DNA of 49,614 bases from NCBI GenBank assembly GCA_009602725.1, contig WELB01000011.1, positions 911,463 through 961,076 on the forward strand, written 5' to 3'. This DNA comes from Spirogloea muscicola. Taxonomy: Eukaryota. How positions within the stretch are numbered: the first letter of the stretch is position 1; the number at the start of each line of letters is the position of its first letter. Below, one piece after another: positions 23,101-36,602 of this stretch. Both the position numbers and the translations under genes were made by a program. The notes beneath the pieces were generated by a model that saw only the letters and a program-made list of their open reading frames with translations, was not told the DNA's origin and ran no database searches.

Positions 23101-26100
23101 GAAAGGAATGCGAAGGTGAACGCGGGGTTGGCCACTGCCAAGCCCCACGGAGAGCAGTTGCCATCTGCTCGCGTCAAGACCGACGTGCCTGGCGTGAAAG
23201 TCGAGCCTCTTTCCAAGGTCGATCTCAGAGCAGAGGCAGGTCACGTGAAGCCAGAGGTGAAGCTGGAAGCAAGCAGCTCGGGCCCGTCACATCGTCTTCC
23301 AGTCAAGGGCGAGTTTGTAGCTCTGAATGGCAGAGTGCCAAAGCAAGAGGCCAAAGCTGGGAGGCCCTTGACGCAGCAGGTAGCAGGTGCTCCTGTGGCA
23401 GTCACCGCTGCCTCAGCCAGCCAGCGGGCTGCAGCCCAGGCGTCTTCCACGTCAGCCTTGGCAAATGTCTCGGCCATGGCGCCGAAAGCGAGGAAGAGTG
23501 GAGCAGCCTCCCTCATGGAGCTCTTCAGTCCTCAGATGATCAGGGATCACATCCGAGGCCTGAGACAGTGGGTGGGCCAGGTGAGCACCGCACCCTGTGG
23601 ACCGACTTCATGGTCCATTGTACTCCCGTACTTCTGACAGGGTTGCTGACTTGATGTGAGGACTCCTGAAGAGGAGGGGAATGAAGCTGTGCATGGACAG
23701 TACGTTCATAAGTACCAGTATCGTGACTCCACGTTCGGTTTGACTGTGATATGCAGAGCAAGGCTAGGGCAGAGAAGAATCAGGCCATGGAACCAAATGA
23801 GAATGCATGCCCGCTCTGTGCTATGGAGAGACTCTCCTTTGAACCACCTCCAATATACTGCACTGCGTGTGGATCACGGATCAAGAGGAATGCAGTGTAC
23901 TACACTGTCGGCATAGGAGAATCTAGGCATTACTTCTGCGGGCCTTGTCACGGTGATATCAAGGGCGATGTTGTGGAGATGGAAGGATCAACCTATCAAA
24001 AGGCTAGGTTGGAGAAGCGGAAAAATGACGAAGAAACAGAGGAAGGGGTGAGTGCTGCTAATTTACTGTACTCTTGCGCATGTTTAGTTACTTTGGCCCT
24101 GGACTTGTATTTCCTCTGTTGACTAGAGGAATACACTGTTGACAACATAAAGGCTCAATCTAAACAGTCCTTAACTTGTGCTCATGTTGTTGTCAGGATG
24201 TGGATGACTGACTGATTGCCTTCTCCTAATGCAGTGGGTGGAATGCGATGAGTGCAAGAAGTGGCAACATCAGATATGCGCTCTCTTCAATGCCCGCCGC
24301 AATGAGGGCGGCGAGGCTGCATATACTTGCCCAGAATGTTGTTGCAGAGAGATGGAAGCTGGCAATCGACAACCCCTCCCCCCATCTGCTGTCCTTGGAG
24401 CCAAGGACCTTCCGAAGACAGTTCTCAGCGACCACTTGGAGAGAAGACTGACTATAAAGCTTGAGCAGGAGAGGAAGGAAAGAGCAGCGCGGTCAGGGCA
24501 TCCACCAGAGGAGGTGACTACCATGGCGTGTTAGGCATAAGGGACGCAGCCTCACGCATTGCCAGCTACAGCCTTCTGATGCTATCAGCTGCTACAGGTG
24601 TGTCTTGGTTAATCAATAATGGGCTTTGACGCTGACTGCACTGTCTTGATGGAGCAGGTTCCTGCAGCTGAAGCGCTTGTGGTGAGGGTGGTATCTTCGG
24701 TGGACAAGAAACTGGAGACCAAGCCAAGATTTCTAGAGATTTTCCAGGAGCATGACTATGCCTCTGAATTTGCATACAAGTCCAAGGTAGGTCATCGGGA
24801 GCAATGTGCCCTATCTGCAGATTTGCTATCAATTGTACCTATTGCAGGTCTCTGTGAGCTTTGATACCTCCAGCTTCTCGCACCCTTGCTTGTGTGCAAG
24901 TGCTGCACAAATTTAAAGGCTATAGTACACGTCTACGTGGGGCGCAAGACCTTCATCATCATGCTGCAAAAGGAATTCTTCCAAGCTGTTGCTCTGGTGT
25001 TTGATGTGTGGGCTTGATCATCTGTCCAGGTCGTCCTCCTCTTCCAACGGATAGAAGGTGTGGAGGTGTGCCTCTTTGGAATGTATGTGCAAGAGTTTGG
25101 AGCAGATTGTGCTCAACCAAACCATAGAAGAGTCTACCTTTCCTATCTGGATTCTGTGAAGTACTTCCGGCCAGACGTCAGGACAGTGTCTGGAGACGCG
25201 CTTCGCACATACATATACCATGAGATTTTGGTATGGCGTATTTAATTGTTTTGTAGTCTTTTTGCACACTGTGTGCTCAAAGTATGCCAGGTAGATTGTG
25301 ACGTGCTTGAATATGGTGTAATTGCTGTCTAAATTTTGGCATGTCTATATGTGCAGATTGCATATTTAGACTTCTGCAAGCTGCGGGGATTCAGCAGCTG
25401 CTACATTTGGGCTTGTCCACCGCTGAAAGGGGAGGATTACATACTCTACTGCCATCCGGAGATACAGAAGACTCCCAAGTCTGACAAGCTTCGAGAGTGG
25501 TATGTAGAAGTAATTTCTCCTGATTGCTCCTTTTTAGCTATGGCAAAATCGTGGCAAATGTCAAAGACACCACACTCCAAGAGTGCTGCAGTCTTTTTCA
25601 CCTCTTGACCAACAAGTGTAGTTGTGGTTGCAAGCAACTTGATGCCATCGTTAGAGACTTATCAAGTCGTTATGTGGTTGTAGGTATCTCTCAATGTTGC
25701 GAAAGGCAGCCAATGAGGGTATTGTGGTGGAGACTGTAAATCTCTACGATACATTCTTTGTGTCCTCGGGAGAGAGCAGGGCAAAAGTCACAGCTGCCAG
25801 GCTACCATATTTTGATGGAGACTACTGGCCTGGTGCTGCTGAGGACATGATTCTCCAGCTTCAGGTACTCCTGAATATTTGTCCCAAAGTTTTGCTGGTC
25901 TTTCGTGTTCAGATGCAGCTGCCGTAGCCTGCAGCATTGACATAACCTCTTTGAGATACAGGAGGAAGGGAAGGAGGATGCGAAAAAGAAGACCCTGAAG
26001 AAGGGGAAGAAGCAAACCAAGGCGGCACCTAACAAGCGTGGTGGGAAAAGCCTGCCAGAGCCAGAGGAGCTACCTGCCAATGCTTCCTTGGACCTTCAGC

Positions 26101-27917
26101 TCATGCACAAGGTATGCATTGGCACAGGCAAGCTACTTCGTGTTTTGAGATGCTTGCTGCATTGCAGCTGTTACTCTTCAGGGCCAGGGCTTTGCACAAG
26201 GGGTTTGTCATTTCAAGACTTTAGCTGTCTCTTTACAATTGCATTAATCCCCTTCTCTGGTTGGACGTGCTATAGCATGGTTTGAGACTTCTAGCTAACT
26301 GATTGACGTGATCAAATCCAGCTGGGGGAGTCAATATTGCCCATGAAGGAGGACTTCATCATGGTCCATCTTCATCATTGTTGCACACATTGTCGAAATT
26401 TCATCATATCTGGGTGCCGCTATTATTGTGCCCAATGCCCCTCCTTCAATTTGTGTCGGAGGTTAGCACAGCAAAACCATGGTTATGGTGATGCTCAATG
26501 TGCTTCCTTGAATTCCTCATTGCATTTATTTACTGCAATGTTTCGAGATATTTAGACATGCACCTCACTTGTCATTTAGCATGTATAACAGCACATATTG
26601 ATGGGCTATTGATGGGCTGTTACTTCTTGGTTGGCACAGTTGCTATGATGCTGAAGTGCGAAGGGATGATGAGGATAGGCATCCGATAGCAGCGAAAGAA
26701 GCCCATCCATTGATTATGGTCAGAATCTTCTCTTGGGACCCCTGTATATCTTCTTGTCAATAGTCGAGCTGCAAACCGAATGAGGCTGAGGCTTCGGCGA
26801 AATGTGGACGGCCAAGGTCCTTGATGGACTGAGAGGTGTAGTCTGATAAAAGGGAAGCATTGCCTTGTGTTGCCCCTCAATTATTGACATGCTCATTGTC
26901 ATCTGAGTCTGTGCTGTATGAGCTGCAGGAGAAGGTGGTAGATGCGCCAGCCGCGACAAGGGATCAAGATGAGATTATGGAGTCCGAGTTTTTTGACACA
27001 AGACAAGCATTCCTCTCTCTCTGCCAGGGCAACCACTATCAGTATGACACCTTGCGGAGGGCCAAACACTCCAGCATGATGGTCTTGTACCACTTGCACA
27101 ACCCAACAGCCCCAGCATTCGTGTGCACTTGCAATAAGTGCCAGAAGGATATTGAGACTGGTGCTGGCTGGCGGTGTGATGTCTGCCCCGATTTTGACCT
27201 CTGCAACTTGTGCTATGAGTCACACAAGCATCCGCACAAGCTCGTGCCTCATCCATCAGCTCAAGACCGCAATGCACAGAACAAGGAGGCCCGCCAGCAG
27301 CGAGTGTTACAGGTAATAGGGTTGTGTGTTATTTGGAGCAACTGCATAGTCCAACTTGGTGCTTGTATGCAGACCATTTTTGATATTGGTATGAAGGGCT
27401 ACTATTGAAAGTTGTGCTTTGACTCCTTGCAGCTACGGAAGATGATGGAGCTGCTGGGCCATGCGTCCGTGTGTACCATCAGGCAGAACTGCGGATATCC
27501 CAAGTGCAGCAGCGTGAAGCGATTGTTCTGGCATGGAAGGATGTGCAACATCAGAGTGGCGGGGGGCTGCACGCTGTGCAAGCGCATGTGGACTCTCCTT
27601 CAGCTCCATGCACGATCCTGCAAAGAGCCTGGGTGCCGAGTGCCTCGTTGCAAGTAAGGCGTATCGCCTAGCTTGGCCCACTCATTATTGCTGCCTTGTT
27701 ATCTGGGTCTTTGAGAGGATTAATCACAACTATAAGCAAGCTCTCATGCTATGCTTTCCAAGACTGATTTTAGTCGCATGGCTTTGCCGTTGTGCTGTGC
27801 AGAGACTTGAAGGATCATTTGAAGCGATTAACGCTTCAGATGGAGTCGAGGCGGCGAGCAGCAGTCAATGAGATGCTGCGGCAACGAGCTGCTGAGGCCG
27901 CTGCAGAGAGATCATAG
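20169..27917 (+). CDS. p300/CBP-type histone acetyltransferase (plant HAC1/HAC12-like)
   Basis: KIX-like N-terminus, TAZ ([14 protein letters not shown]), PHD ([15 protein letters not shown]), HAT core ([43 protein letters not shown]), two ZZ fingers and a C-terminal TAZ. TAG at 27915-27917. Confidence 0.96.
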
Positions 27918-28801
27918 CCCTCACTCAGTGGTCAATTAGCATATCTCCGTGCCACTTCCTTCATCCCCTTTCGCTGGTACAGCTGCTGTGGTAGGGCCTC
28001 TTGGGATCCTTATCTCTGTCAAATTGCAGAGCTCAGCAATTTAAGCGATCTGGGGATAGATGGCTATCAGAAAGGCACACAGATGGAAGCCTGCTTGAAG
28101 AGAGGCATGTCGGACCCCTTGCTGTTCATGTCCAGCACCCATCGACCTGACACCCCCAAATTCTCACCCACCTACAATTCTTTCCTGAAGTCTGCCCTCC
28201 CTAATGGTGTGTTTGGCGGATCAGCTTCTTGCTGTGAGCACAATGACTTAGTCATGCATATCAGCAGCTTGAATCTTGGGCTTGAAAGCATCCATGCAAT
28301 TCACATATTCTCTGCAGGTGAATGCTTCCTAAAGCTTCAATTGCGGATGATACAATCTTGTAAGCAACTGTTGTAAGCTATGTACAACTTCACAGGAGCT
28401 CAGTACTGTGCTACGACAAGTGCAAACCCAGGGTGTCTGAGTCTGCTCAAGCGAGTGTGGATGCCCTGATTTATTCCCAAGGTTGACAGCTGGAATTCAA
28501 ACCCTGAGCTATCACATGTTTATCAACAAGAAATTGCTAAATGCATCCTTGCTACAATGCCAAGTAGCAACAGTTGCGTAGCCTTCATGTTGGATGTTGG
28601 GGATAAGTGCGGCTTGTCACGAGCTGTAATTACATCGTAGAGTGCTGGTACTGAGAGGTGCGGAGATAGGTTGCAACACGTACAGAGCTTGTAGCTGGCA
28701 ATTAGCTGTCACAGACATCAGTCACAATAGTGACTAGCTAAGGGAAGCAGCCTTGGGTGGTGAAAAGTCGCGATTTATCCCGTGACCTTGAATACGCTGT
28801 C

Positions 28802-31800
28802 TTATGCAGCTAGAGCTTCTTGTACAGTCTTCTGCGTCTGCTTAACCTCTGCTGAAGGTGCTCCAAATATGTGGTTGTCAAAGATGTCCAGAAACATGGC
28901 TCTGCAAGGCAGGCGTGCTCTGAGCTTGATGCATGCGAGGAAGCACCCTGAGAGCTTCCTGTGCAGGCTGTATGCCGCCTCTGGCGGCGGCGTCAAGCGG
29001 TGCTGCATCAACGTTGCTCCCAGCTCCGTGACCCTAAGGACCCCATAAGTGTAGGACCCATTGTCAGATGCATTGACTATCCCAAGCAGGCAGAAGCTTT
29101 GCTGATGGACAAAGGCGACCACAGCACAACTCTTATGATGTACACATTGCCCGCAGTGAGAGTGCTAACCTCCTCGTAATGTCCCCTGTCTGGAAGTCAA
29201 AGTTGCCCGGCTTGGAGAAGGGCAAGCCAACCATGAAGGCCGCCTGCGTGTGCGCGTTGAGCAGCACCTCACTTTCGTCGCCAGTCAGGAATCCCAGTCG
29301 CCTTGACATCTCAATGACATTGTCTCTGTCTCTATCAGCACATGCTCGCACCTGCACAGTATGCTGCTTCGCTATCAAGACCTGTATTGTCAGAAACGAT
29401 CATCTCCAAAGAAGGGAGTCGTAACCAGAGGACGAATATGCTCCATGCAGGAGAAGTACTAGACCTGAACTCTCCAACATGATGCCATGCTTCAAGTGCC
29501 TAGGACTTCATCATGGCCGGTGCATAATATCCAAGTGCAGAAGGCAATATGTGACTACCATGAGCAGATAGTCATCTATGAATGGCTTTGGATAGTCGCG
29601 CGCTGCACCAAAATCGATGAGGTTGATTGTGTCGGTCTCAGAATCATACAAGAAGTTGCCCCAATTTGGATCCGTCTATCAATGTGCAACATGAAAGGAG
29701 CAGCCGCAAGTCACCAGTCAGTATCGACTAGGCAATTACAGAGGTTAGAATGTCCAAACTCATTCATCCATATATCAGGGCTCTGTTCTAGGCCAGAAAT
29801 ATCCACCAGATATGACAGATTCGCTAAAGGATGGAAGGCTGCAGCTTGAGGGCAGATTAAGTGTTGTAGTAAGCTGAGTCTCAAGGCAACGGCAGCTAAC
29901 CAGGGCCACCTGTGAAGCACCTGAAGCACAGGCTGAAGCTCACCTGCATGAATTGGAAGACAAATAGTTCTCCAAGGGTGAGCATCAGAAGGCGCTCTGC
30001 TACGCTGTCCCGAACGTCTTGGCCCAGACTCGCCACCTTGTCAATGGTCAGACCTGCACGCTGAGCACACAGTAAATGAGATTGACAATCTACGCAACTT
30101 CTATTTGATGTCCAACCTTGACAGGACAGAAGATTGTCGCCCTCACACAATTTAGCTCTTGAACAGCTAAGAGGAGGCTCAGCTGCTCACCTGGGACCAG
30201 CTCGGTGGTGAGCACGCGCCGGCTTGAGAGCTCGTCTATCACGCCAGGAACATGATATCCATGCTCGCCCTTCATCAGCCCCTGGTACCGCCTCTGGCTC
30301 TCCGCTTCCACCACGTAGTTACATTCCCTGGCTAGCTCAGACTTGGCTACCTACCATCAGTCGCGACTGTGGGCTCAGGCTTGGAGGCAACTCAGTGCAT
30401 GGCCATGCTGCGCAGTGAAGGGTAGCCAACCTAAGAACCAGGAGAAGTTTGGCCTTCCCCATTAACAAATGTTCGCCATCGTAAGGTATGCTCCAGCGGC
30501 AAGACGAGTGGATACCGTGCTGCGCGCAGCTGCAAAAGACGCTCACCTTCATAGCCTGGTCAAGGTACAGCTGCTTGGGCACAAGGTTGGTGAAGCGCAG
30601 GAGCCGCTTGAGGTTCTCGATGTCGCTCTCGATGCTGTCAGCCACCCCCGGATACTGCACCTTCACTGCCACCTGCTGCCCACTCGCCATCACCCCCCTG
30701 TGCACCTGGCAGAGTCACCTTGCCAGGATCCATGGCCACATCAGCCACACCGGCCCCAGCCGCCAGCCTCCCCAGCATGTGTGCTAGACAATCTGGCAGG
30801 AGGACAGCCCTCTGCCTCTCAGCAGCAGTAAGCACAGCGTCTCATGGGAGATTCAGCGGGACTCCTTGTTGCTGCTGGGATATTTATTAAACTGTCAATC
30901 AACATGTGTAAAGTGGCTGACATGCACGGCTTCCGGATTGCACACCTGCTCCTATGCAGTTCTTTGTGTGCATTAGCTTGCAATATCAAAACATGACCTG
31001 GTGCTTCTATGTTTGTGCTCATGCGACCCGACATTCTATCCCAGAGCGGCCTGTGCAGTGACCTGCCCGATGCTGGCAGCTGCCATGGGAACAAAGTCAA
31101 AGTCGGCCAGCTTGCTTCTCCACTCCGGGCCCAGCTCCGCCGTCAGAACCTGCTCCAGCTGACGCCGCGGCATCGCGTCCGCGCCAGCCCTCACTCTCTC
31201 CAGTGCTTGCAGGATCTGCGGAGCAGGGTGCATGCAGACCAGGTTCTCACAGGGCATTCAAAAGACCAAGTCTGTTTGCAAAAAGACCAACTCTTGTCGC
31301 AAGACAACGAACAAGACAAGGAAGGGTAGCCGGAGAGGAAGTCTGCATGATCTCTAGTGCTTTGGATTATCAACGGCAGCTGCAGTGATTGCCAGCGTGC
31401 CTTGACTGAATCTAACAAGCATACCAGAACTGCATGCCAGACGACGCCTACATGACATACTTCGGCCTCTTGGCTTACAGCATGCATTGATATGATCCAC
31501 AATCGCCCCGGATCTGGAGCTGCAACTTGTTAAGCCTTCAAAGGGCACAGGTTCGAGCCTCAGCGTGGAAGTGTTGCTGGCGCAGGCCACCACATCACCT
31601 GAGGCGGGAAGATGGCCTCGTCCTGGATGCTCAGCATCTGGCCGAGCTTGAGCGCCGCGCCGCGCATGCGGCACAGGGCCAGCGCCAGACGCTCGGCGTT
31701 GCGCTCCGTGAGCGCCGCGCTAAACGCCCGCCTGGCGCCCTCGCCGCCGCCGCTGGTGCCCACCAGGAGCTGCCGCGCCGACTCCTGGAGGGTGCCCAGC

Positions 31801-32452
31801 GCCAGGTCCGCCCCCAAGCCCGCGAATCTGGCTGGGGCGCCGCCACAAGCCAGGCAGCGCGTCGGTGAGACGGCGGCCGTGGGGCGCCATCTGCACCCGC
31901 CGAGGACCTCCGCCTATTCGAACCTAAAACCCTAAAACCCTAAAGCCTGAACCCCGATCCATGCTCGGCAGAGCACGCGCACAACCGGCCATCGGCGCAC
32001 TGCCGGGGCCGTGCCGCGCCGTCTGGCGGGGGCTCACCCCATGATGCGAGCCCACGGGGTGGCCGGCACGCCGCGCTCTCGCAGCGGCAGCGCCCGGGGC
32101 GGCGGGCGGNNNNNNNNNNNNNNNNNNNNNNNNNNNNNNNNNNNNNNNNNNNNNNNNNNNNNNNNNNNNNNNNNNNNNNNNNNNNNNNNNNNNNNNNNNN
32201 NNNNNNNNNNNNNNNNNNNNNNNNNNNNNNNNNNNNNNNNNNNNNNNNNNNNNNNNNNNNNNNNNNNNNNNNNNNNNNNNNNNNNNNNNNNNNNNNNNNN
32301 NNNNNNNNNNNNNNNNNNNNNNNNNNNNNNNNNNNNNNNNNNNNNNNNNNNNNNNNNNNNNNNNNNNNNNNNNNNNNNNNNNNNNNNNNNNNNNNNNNNN
32401 NNNNNNNNNNNNNNNNNNNNNNNNNNNNNNGCCGCCGCGGCGGCGGCGCCAT
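28802..32452 (-). CDS. COQ8: ABC1/COQ8 atypical kinase (mitochondrial type)
   Basis: [44 protein letters not shown] and [22 protein letters not shown]. Candidate ATG at 32452; first exon interrupted by an N-gap. Confidence 0.92.
31921..31943. repeat. Short interstitial telomere-like (CCCTAAAA) / telo-box tract in a 5' intron of COQ8
   Basis: aacctaaaaccctaaaaccctaaa contains two AAACCCTA motifs. Confidence 0.5.
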
Positions 32453-33124
32453 GCCCACAATCGCCGCCGCGAGGCGCGCCGCGCTGCCTGGCCCGCCGGC
32501 GCGGCCGAGCTGCGGAATGTCGGGGGTCCAGGTCGCCCTCTAGTACTGAGCGCCTCGTGGCCACTTGGAATCACTCGGTGTTTTAGCAGTCTTTAGCGGT
32601 TTAGCGGTCTTCGGGCTTTGTTCATCTCTTCTCGTGGCCAGCCTCTCATTCTTCTCACACCCATTTCTCCCCCCTCTAGTAGGCAAGCAGGCGCCAAAAC
32701 CCCACAGCTATGCAGGAGACCACAGCGAATGGGAGCTCAGTAACTCCGTCGTAAACTGTACTGAGCGTTCCCTGGCTGATGTCTTAGTTCTAGTCGTTCG
32801 CACTCAGGCTCCCTCAGACCTTGTCCATTCCTTTGGCCAAGCCACCAGTCAACCTGGCCGCGCTTCTACTAGTCGTAGAAGGCAGTTTCTAGTCACTCCG
32901 ATCACTGCTGACCAGAGGTTGAGCGGTCATTCCCACATAAATCATGGAGAGTAAGTCTGTGTTTGTTTGCGCCTCTTGGCCCTCTCAGGTCTCAGACCTT
33001 GTTCCTTTGGGCTCTGAGCTTACTAAGAGGAGAGACTCTTCCAGTAGAGGGGAATGGCTGTGTGTTACCAGGCTCCCGTTTGCTGTAGTCTATTGCACAG
33101 TTGGGTGCTTTCAGCAGGAAAATG

Positions 33125-33270
33125 CTCGCCCATAAAGATAAGAGACTGGCAAATCCAGCCCAAAAATAATGAACAATGTCCAAAACCAAAGAAAGAGAAG
33201 CCAGAAAAGGACTACATTAGAACTCAAGAGGATGCAGAGGGAAGCTCAGTACCCGCGAGTGAGCAACAGC
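33125..33270 (-). mobile_element. CRE-like 3' end (LLLTRGY*) plus 3'UTR
   Basis: Stop at 33246-33248. The reverse complement of the UTR is similar to 41875-42010. Confidence 0.65.
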
Positions 33271-33393
33271 GCCTTTCGGCACTTCGGACCTTGTCCATTC
33301 TTTCGAGACTGGCTTCTGGAAGTGCTTCTCCTACATGGTACTTGCTTACTCGGACTTTCAGCGCTTTTCGGCCCCTTCGACCTTGTCAATTCT

Positions 33394-33655
33394 GCTGGGC
33401 GTGTCTTAGCCAGGCCACTTGGCTTCTGTGGCGGTGCTCCGGCTCCCCAAGTTAGCCTGTCGGCTTTGTCTATGCTCACTTGTGGGTACTGAGGTCCCTC
33501 TCAAGCTCTGCTGTCGTCTTGTTACCTTAGCACCATTGAGCCCAGGGCTTCACTGTATGTAGCTCCCTCCTTCGCGATTGCTTTGCCTTCAAGATGCATT
33601 GGCTCGGCTTGGCCTCCCTTTCATTCCATGCGCACTGCGCCCCTTTCTCTTCTCT
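33394..33655 (+). mobile_element. 5'-truncated CRE-like 3' end
   Basis: AGRVLA..GFCGGAPAPQVSLSALSMLTCGY* (stop 33492) and the terminal ttggcctccctttcattccatgcgc motif. Confidence 0.8.
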
Positions 33656-35798
33656 TGAGTCCCTCGCTGTCTCCCTCAAATTTTCGCTCACTTGATAGAT
33701 TTTCTTACACCAGCTTGCACCTCTTGAGAAAGACAACTACCTCCATCGTCTCCGCTGCTACACCTTCCAGCTTGACTTAAGAAACCCTTATCCAACAGAT
33801 ACCAGGCTCATATCGCATACACAGCGTTTAAGTACACACAAGGGAGGTCGTTCGCCGGGTTGCTCACTACAGTGTTACTCGGCCTGATGGCCATGATACT
33901 CCTCACCATCAAGAAATTATTACCTATTTGAGTCTGAGCAGGGGCGTTGCGTAAGGCTTGCGGCTATGTCCGCCGCTCATTATATGAAAGGTTGGCTTAT
34001 GCCCTCCTAAAGTCCACCATTATGACACCGACGCGACTAAATGCTTCCGCTTCATCAATCCCTGCTTGCTAGGCCTTGTCGCACGGAGAGTGCCGTCTGT
34101 CCTTTGACCGATGCTCACTTCTGTTGATGCAAGTGGGTTGCAGAAGATATTTAAATCAAGAGCACAGCTTTCCTGATATCGGCCAGCTCTTTCCGGCTAT
34201 CTCAGCGGAGCAACCCATTTTAAGTAGTCATACTAAAAAGTGCGGATGAATGGAAGCCGAAAATAAACTGGTGATATAATATGACTTCTAGTATAATAGA
34301 TGTCATACTCATTTTCTCCTGTGTGTGGCGACATTTTCGTTCGTGTGGTTAGAGGACCAGCTTTTGCAATCACATTAGCAACTTGGCAATCTGATGTTCC
34401 TGAGCGTCAATTCATAAATGGTCATTTCATTGTCTTGGCTGTGGTGTCGTGTGTCAGCCACAGTGGATGTGATTAAGTGACATGACTTTAGCCTGCTCTC
34501 TTTTGATCCACTCTTAGACATCTCAATGCAGCAACTGGAGCTGCAGTGCTATGATCAAGTCATTTTTGTACATCGGGTGTCCACACTCATGAGCCACAGG
34601 GCATTCTCCTCATAAGCAGCACGACATTTACTCTCCAAGTTTTACTGTAGTGCAACAGTGCAAGTCCAAGACTAAACTGCAACATTGTGAGTGCTTCGCT
34701 GGATGTGAGGCAGACAAGCAGACTGGGAACTTTGATTGGCACCCGGTAAAGCAGTCAGCTTGCAATAGGCAACCTCATGTCCTGCAGGCAGTTGCAGCTT
34801 GTGCCTTGCTGTTTGTACCGTCAACTGATGTTGCAATTGGCGATTGGTGTTGACCAGACACCTCTTGCAAAGGCTGCCAAATGTTAGTGACAGGTTTTGT
34901 TGCAATGCAGCTGAAATGGCTTCAAGCAAAACGCCTCTCAGCACCCACAACTTGCAGATCTTCTCATACTCGAGTCTCTTACTGCAGCACTCAATCCGTG
35001 TGATGCTGCGGCAGCCTTCCAAGTGCTTGAGAGCTTGTGATAATACTTAAACACATCCCTAGCGGCCTCCTCTCCATCACCTCATAGCTGAGCTGGTGAA
35101 GCTTCTGCATGTATTCTGTCAAGATTAAAGGAAGCAGAGACAGCTTTTGTCAGGTACAGAGCCCAGGCTTCTCGGCATTTCCTAAGAGCGACCAGGTTGT
35201 ACGGTCTGTTGCCTCCTAGCATACATCGCATCCATCACGTGTAGCGCATAGTTCTCATGTCCAGGTGTTGCAATCTGCGTGCAGCTGTGGCTTGCAAAGC
35301 AGGGTTAGTATTCAAGTCAATCTGTACACAAGCGACACGATGACCATCCTCTCTCACTTAGGGCTGTTCCATTGTCAGGCACCCCTTTCTGCTTATGTAA
35401 CAGCCGAATACTGCATTGACCACGATCTGATGTGAGGATCACCTCAGCACACCGTTTTCTCTTTTAGGCAGCCCATTGCATGATGCTTTAAGTGATGTGC
35501 AAGCTTCTGCTACTCCGCATCTTGGGCACCTACAGCTCTCAAGATCATGACACTTATGGTGGGGTTCACTTGATGCAAGTGATTGCTGAGTGTCCCAAGG
35601 GCATATGGCAGCTGAGCTGGGAGTGCGAGACCTCCAGTAAACCTTGTCACTGCCTCGCTGACCAGGCAGTGTTACACATTAGCCACTCTCACATTACTTG
35701 CTTCATTGCCAACAACTAGTCTGCCATGTCATTAAGTAGGCTGTTTCCATGCATACCTTCAAGGTTCCCAAGCTGATTGCCTTGTGCACTGCTTGTCT

Positions 35799-35976
35799 TC
35801 ATGTCCCAGCCGGCTTTTGCTGCTGCATCTGCTGGAGGAGTGCGGCAGCAAGTTGCAATGTGGCTTGGAAACGCTTCTGCTTTTCTGCTTCTGACTTATC
35901 ATCCCCTTCTGCCCCTGACGATTCAGGCAACATCTGCTGCGATGGCGGTATTGCTTGTGCGAGCTGCTGTTGCTGG

Positions 35977-36021
<45 letters not shown>

Positions 36022-36538
36022 TGCTGCTGATTTTGCTGCTGATGCTGCGCTGCCTGCAGAGTGGCGGCGTTATGCTGCTGCTGCTGTGGCTGTGGCTGTT
36101 GCTGCTGCTGCTGCGGCTGTGTCGGTCGTGGCATCTGGTGGTGCGGCTGTTGCTGATCCCAGGCACTGCTCAAGCCCGGGGCTAGCTGCTGCTGTGGTGG
36201 CTGCTGCGTATGCTGCACCGTATGCTGCTGCAGCGGATGCTGCTGCGTTGTAAGCTGCTGGTACTGCTGGTACTGCTGGTACTGCTGGGGTGGTCCCCTG
36301 TATTGCGGCTGCTGCATCATCATTGCCTGTACTGGCTGCTGCAGGGGGGGTGTAGCGGGAGCCCCCTGGTACGGCTGCTGCTGCTGCTGCAGTTGCTGCT
36401 GCTGCTGCAGCTGCTGCTGCTGCTGCGGGGGCGGCTGGGGCACAACCGGTGGCTGCGGCTGCTGCGGCTGCTGCAGTTGCTGCTGCTGCTGCATCTGCTG
36501 CTGCTGCAGCTGCTGTTGCTGTTGCTGCTGCTGCTGCA

Positions 36539-36602
<64 letters not shown>

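Noticed and set aside
33355..33395. Hammerhead-ribozyme-like string on the minus strand (UUGACAA-GGUC..GGCC-GAAA, like a U3-A8 core), also at ~625-650, ~10398-10423 and ~33273-33297
   Set aside because: I could not build consistent stems I and III or an NUH cleavage site. The U4 position varies (U/C/G) and one copy has GACA instead of GAAA. An Infernal hammerhead search of the family consensus would settle it.
33780..35790. 2-kb stretch downstream of FPA as a hidden gene or ncRNA
   Set aside because: Only short motif-less ORFs, and no tRNA, snRNA or snoRNA signature that I could support. Probably 3'UTR plus intergenic DNA.
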